A stretch of DNA of 59,173 bases, filler included, from Bipalium vagum (taxonomy: Eukaryota): the NCBI GenBank assembly GCA_037834085.1. It is 3 parts of 3 records of this genome, joined end to end, with 100 filler letters (N's around TTAATTAATTAA, not from the genome) between each part and the next. Parts side by side here need not be neighbours in the genome. Positions count along the whole stretch, not along the records: positions 42,854 to 59,173 come from JBBMKC010116477.1; 2 more parts are not named here. One strand, written 5' to 3'. Shown here piece after piece: positions 54,401-59,173 of the stretch (positions within the stretch are counted from its first letter, which is position 1; each line of letters begins with the position of its first letter). The position numbers were made by a program, and so were the translations under genes. The notes under the pieces were generated by a model that ran no database searches, was not told the DNA's origin, and was given only the letters and a program-made list of their open reading frames with translations.

Positions 54401-57400
54401 CCATTCTTCAGACAGTGTGGAAATATCTCGCGATAAATTTTGATTAGCTTGAGTGGCTAAGGTCAGTTGATCTTGGAGCTTTTCATTTATTTCCGCCAGA
54501 TAACTATTCCTGTTTTAATGAAACATGTCAATTGTTTTGCATCATTGTAAGTAAAAGATGAAAATATCTAGTTGATTAAATCAAAGAATTGAAATAAACT
54601 AGCCCTATAATATACTAAAGAACTTCAAGTTTCATTTTTGCTATACAAAGTTTTGCTATACCCACTAAAAGTTAGTAAAATAACATAATAATGATAATCT
54701 TAATTTTTTAAAAAACGAATTAAAAATTTCAAAGTTCTTAAATGAGTTTGTTTAGCAACTGCAAAAAAATTTTAAAATAAATAATTATCTTAATTTCATA
54801 ATTGCAGAATTTGTTTAAATATTAAGTTAAGGAGAATCACTTTTAAAACTATCAAACCGATATTTGAGATATGAAAACTGAATTGTGAATATGAATAATG
54901 CTGACAAAGTGTCAGTAGCTTAGCATTATGACTATTAAGAAAAAGACAATAATAAAAATAAAATTATAATAAAAAAATCAAAAAACTATAATAAGAGCAA
55001 TACCAGTAATATTAATAAAAATAATAAATTATTATCAAATAGTAAAGACAATGCAGACAATACTTTCATCTTTGTCATTGACATATCTGGCTAAATTTTG
55101 AAGATAGCATTTCTAGTGCCATTATACTAATTTAATAAAAAGGAAGTAATTCGAAAATGTTCATTATATTCATAATTTCCTGTTAGAAACTTATTCTTTT
55201 AAAACCGGAGTTGCGCTTTTCTGAAAATCTCAGACTCTAAATTAAAATATTGTGTCGGAATCGAACAATAACAGAACAATATGTCTAAGTATATTTTGAC
55301 TTTCTTCATTGTCAGAATTTAATTCTTTAGGAAATTGGAGGTTTAACTAATGAATTAATTATTGAAATTAAAATAATTGGCATAATTGAAGTCAAATATT
55401 GTTAATAATAATAATAATAATAATAAACTTTTTAAAAATTATTATTATTATGTTAATAATATTAATTAATATATCTTATTGTAGACTTTAAAAAAATTTC
55501 CATATAAATGGATCGACCAGACACTTTCTCTCTTTCAAATATAATGAAATATAAATAATAAATATTATAAAAAAATGAAATTTTGAACATTTTCAAAAAT
55601 ATCTTCCTTTTATTCTTTCTCTTTTCAATGAACATCAAGACTGGAATTTTTGTCGATTTTTGTTTTTATAGATGAAAAATCAACTGAGAAAGGGAAGTGA
55701 TATTTAAATATAAATTTATTTAGTCAATAAAAAAATGTCAAAAACTGAGGATTTACAAATAAATCTGTAACGTATTGATTTCCTTACCATTTTTTTTTCA
55801 TTTTATGAGTTTCAATTTAAATAAAAAAATATTTATCATAGTAAATTTACTTTTGTGGTTTGAAGTTCTTTTAGAACTTTATTCAAAATATTATTTTGAA
55901 AATTTTTTAAAAATTTCCCCTGAAATTATTTTTAGAACAAAAATAAAGAAAAGTTTCATTAAAATTGAAAATTTAAGAAAGTTATTGACTGTCAATCAAT
56001 CAATTTTAATGTGCAACAGGTGAGTCATTGGTTAGCTGATGACAGAAGAAAATTAATTTCTCATTTGATTACCAATTTTACTGGGTCAAACTTTGCAGTG
56101 GAGATCAAAATCGACATTGAATCAGTAAGAAAACATTCAAAACTGCATTGAAAGACAATGATAAAATGGCGAAAAAACACCTGACAAAAATGTGTTAAAA
56201 AATATCTAAAAGACTAAGATACATTGGTTCATTAAGCGTTGACTGTCCAAAAAGATAATGAAAACGACATCAACGGCTTCACATGATACATTAAAATGAT
56301 TTACTATCATTTTACATTTGCTGTACATAAAATTTGGTATCAGATTAAAAATGTATTGGTCATAATGATAAATACAAAGATAATAAAAATTTATTACGAT
56401 TATAAATATAATAATATTAACAGTAAAGGAGCTGCGTAGCTCGCTCAAAGCTGGCCGATTCGGTGGACACAGAGACCCAGGCATTGTTTCGCCAGTTTTA
56501 TGACCCCACTGACTCCAATATTACATTTTATGTATCATAATATAATGATAAAAATAATAGCGATTTTACAGCTCATTAATTTTGAAATGGATTGGTATTT
56601 TTCTCTTACAATTGAACAATGTTAAAATAACGTCACAAAACTAAGTTCAAGGGCGCGCCGTAATTTTGCCAACAAAATCATTTAATTGTACTTAATTAAT
56701 TGTACTGGAGCGGGTCACGACTATCAAAAGTCTGGTGATGTCAGATGGCTGTTGTAGAAAGGTGAAGTAGAACTGGTCTGGAATCAGTGGAACCAACTTC
56801 CGGGAGAATAAGGAGAGAGAGAGAGAGCTAGAGCGAGCGAAAGAAAGAACAAAAGATAAAGGCACTGGCCATTAATGCATTAATTTATTAATTCATATGT
56901 CCCAACGGGGAATACAACAACAGCCCACTATATCCTCCTACTTTTTTTGTTCCTCTTCCAGCTTAATTAACGTGCTCTCAAGATCCGGATTGTCGTACAT
57001 GCCTTTGAATCGTGTTCCGTAACCGATGTCTGTGGGCGACTGGTACTGAAAATTAACAAAACATTGCTAATAGATTGACAAATTCATTATTTCATAAACA
57101 AAAATATATCCAATTCATACTATTTTACACAAGAATTGATAAGCTGAAGAGACTCTCTATGGTTACACTAAATAAATAACAATCCAGCTTGTTTGCTTAA
57201 AGAAGGAGTGTTTTGTTCCCAACAGGTCCATTCAGGGAAAAATTACTTTTCCAATCAATATAAACAAACTGGTATAATTCTATCAAAAATTCAACAAAAA
57301 ATTTTTAAAATATTATTTATAAATATTTGATTTATTTAATTTAATTTTAATTATTTTATAAAAAATTTTTAAAAAAATTTATTCACGAAGAAAAAATGAA

Positions 57401-58609
57401 AAAAAAACAATAATAAAATAATTTTCTAAATAATAGAAGTAATATTATTAATAAAAATAAATACTAATAATAATTATCATAATAAATAAATAATAATCTT
57501 AAAATAATAATAAATTAATTGAATTTATTTATCTATTTATTTTAATGTATTTTTTTTTAGTTTTAATTTTTAACAAATTTTTAACACATCAAAAATAGAT
57601 TAATGATAAAAATCAAATGAAAACGTTTTGTTTAAATTCAATTAGTTAAATAAATATTAAAAAAAATGTCACGATATAAAATTATTTTCATACTTAAAAT
57701 AAAATTAAATCAAACACGACATTTTGAGTAATAAAAAATGTCTGAAAAATTACTGGATGATCACAGATCACTTTTAAAATATATCATAAAAAATAAAATA
57801 ATAAATAATAAACAAGAAGACTAATGGATAATATTTGGATGAATTATTATAATGATAATAATAATTATTAATTATAGTAATATTAAAATGTACAATTAAT
57901 AATGATCAGAACTAACATAAAAATAAGAAAATAAAAATAATAGTTATTATAGTGATAATAAAAGCTGTAAAAATAATGATAATAAATTTTTATTAGAATA
58001 ATAAAAAAAACATTATTATCGACCAAAAATAAAAAAACTGTAAATGAAAAAGAAAGAAAAAAGATCAGGTAAAGAGACTCACCGATTTCTTTCTGGAATC
58101 CAGTTCCAAAAATTGCAGCTTCGATTCGAGCTCGGTACATTTTTCCTTGTATTGCAATACCTGACGGATGGAAATAAACGTCAACAGTGAAATCGATTAT
58201 CGCTATAAGGTGAGGGTTTGGATGGTGGACCAAAGTAATAAAGTAATTGCCAACCCCTCCCATCAAACCAATAACATACCTTCTTTTGCAATTTTTGAAC
58301 CAACTGCGACTGTTTCTGTTGACTGTCTTGAAACGTTTGCAATTTTCTCCGATATTCATTGTACTCTTCTTCCAAGCGTCTTCGAAGTTCCAGATTCATT
58401 TGAAAAAGACTCTTCGATCCGGAATCTTCGCTGGAATTGCCATCGATCTAAATATGGAACACGATCAGATCAATGGCTGTCCACATCGACAATCGATCAG
58501 CGCAACATCAACAACAGCCAAGAACCAGGGGAAAATATCGAACGGAACACGTCCAACTTACATCGCCAATTCGTCGTCGAACGATCTCGGAATAATCAAT
58601 TTCGCTCAT
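48786..58609 (-). CDS. CROCC: Rootletin (ciliary rootlet coiled-coil protein), first 10 coding exons (~1020 aa), 3' part missing
   Basis: Exons 58609-58562, 58447-58280, 58160-58083, 57045-56942, 54509-54131, 53323-53095, 53011-52737, 51240-50338, 50271-49941 and 49332-48786 are all GT-AG and phase-consistent. Rootletin motifs: YRRKLQTFQDSQQKQSQLVQKLQKKVLQYKEKC, DLESTLIKLEEEQ, RSPSPRR...FAAVQSALNKKSLQ, ERDDSLLIAENDKQQCLS. Confidence 0.92.
52015..52396 (+). mobile_element. Chapaev3-like (CMC) DNA transposon 3' relic in a rootletin intron
   Basis: DENGEGFRQTISTIENQWQ..DE..AGFRWLL resembles DEHGERFHQDI..ME.RYQG..ADYCW. It ends in ...GTG followed by TAA. Confidence 0.55.
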
Positions 58610-58693
58610 TATTCAACGCAGAATGCAAATGAAATGAAAAAATTGAAATGACAAAATCAAATTGAAAACTAGTGATTTAAAAACGACGCACAA

Positions 58694-58706
58694 GTTGCTT
58701 GGCAAC
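58694..58706. promoter_or_regulatory. RFX X-box in the rootletin promoter
   Basis: GTTGCTTGGCAAC, a near-palindromic X-box about 85 bp upstream of the predicted start codon of a ciliary gene. Confidence 0.7.
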
Positions 58707-59079
58707 AAGCGTAATGAATATCTATGGTAGTAATTAGAATGCGTTACCAGCACACTTCATGCGTCAGTTTTGTGCTATTGATACAGGGGGTAAACACCTG
58801 TCATTGTTCGCCACACAGCCGTTTCGTAATGCACGCATAATTTGTGCTATTTGTCATTGGTATTTAGAGATTTGTACGAAATAATAATAAAAATAATTAT
58901 TATTTTTATTATAAATAATGCGATCGTTCGGTGTATCGGTTTGCTAATGATAAACAATTGGAAACGATCATCAAATAACACTTGTGTTTGGAAAATCATT
59001 GCAATAATTAACGAACGTTGAACGAGGTTAATTAATTTAATTAATTAAAATGTAATTATTATATATTACTATATTATCA

Positions 59080-59106
59080 ATTATTATTATTATTACTATT
59101 ATTATG

Positions 59107-59173
<67 letters not shown>
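59080..59173. repeat. (ATT)n microsatellite
   Basis: Runs to the window end. Similar tracts flank the linkers at 19438-19471 and 42854-42871. Confidence 0.95.

Noticed and set aside
12284-58609. Functional cluster of NTHL1, lectin, nAChR, ABHD and rootletin
   Set aside because: The genes lie on three artificially concatenated scaffolds. Only NTHL1-lectin and nAChR-ABHD are real neighbours.
57883-58651. Overlapping 134-158 aa ORFs at the rootletin 5' end
   Set aside because: They are explained by three short rootletin exons plus GC-richer introns, with no independent protein features.

Overview
AT-rich eukaryotic (animal) genomic DNA, not prokaryotic. Short 43-60 bp GT-AG introns, abundant (AAT)n microsatellites and dense decayed mariner elements suggest a flatworm such as a planarian (inference). 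The window is three unrelated scaffolds joined by artificial 100-bp linkers (44 N + TTAATTAATTAA + 44 N) at 19472-19571 and 42754-42853. Segment 1 holds a complete 5-exon NTHL1 glycosylase, a 2-exon C-type lectin with a PAN/apple-like domain, a highly structured LTR and many TE relics. Segment 2 holds the last exon of a nicotinic acetylcholine receptor subunit, tail-to-tail with a complete 6-exon ABHD4/5-family hydrolase with unusual motif substitutions. Segment 3 holds the first 10 coding exons (about 1020 aa) of a rootletin (CROCC) gene with several RFX X-box-like motifs. The remainder is TE debris (mariner, Tc1/IS630, pogo/Tigger, gypsy, RLE non-LTR, Penelope-like, Chapaev-like, a tRNA-derived element, a MITE). 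I found no clear novel multi-gene system. The best leads are the X-box architecture of rootletin, the variant ABHD, the CTL-PAN lectin, the hairpin-rich LTR and a degenerate hammerhead core next to a Penelope relic.
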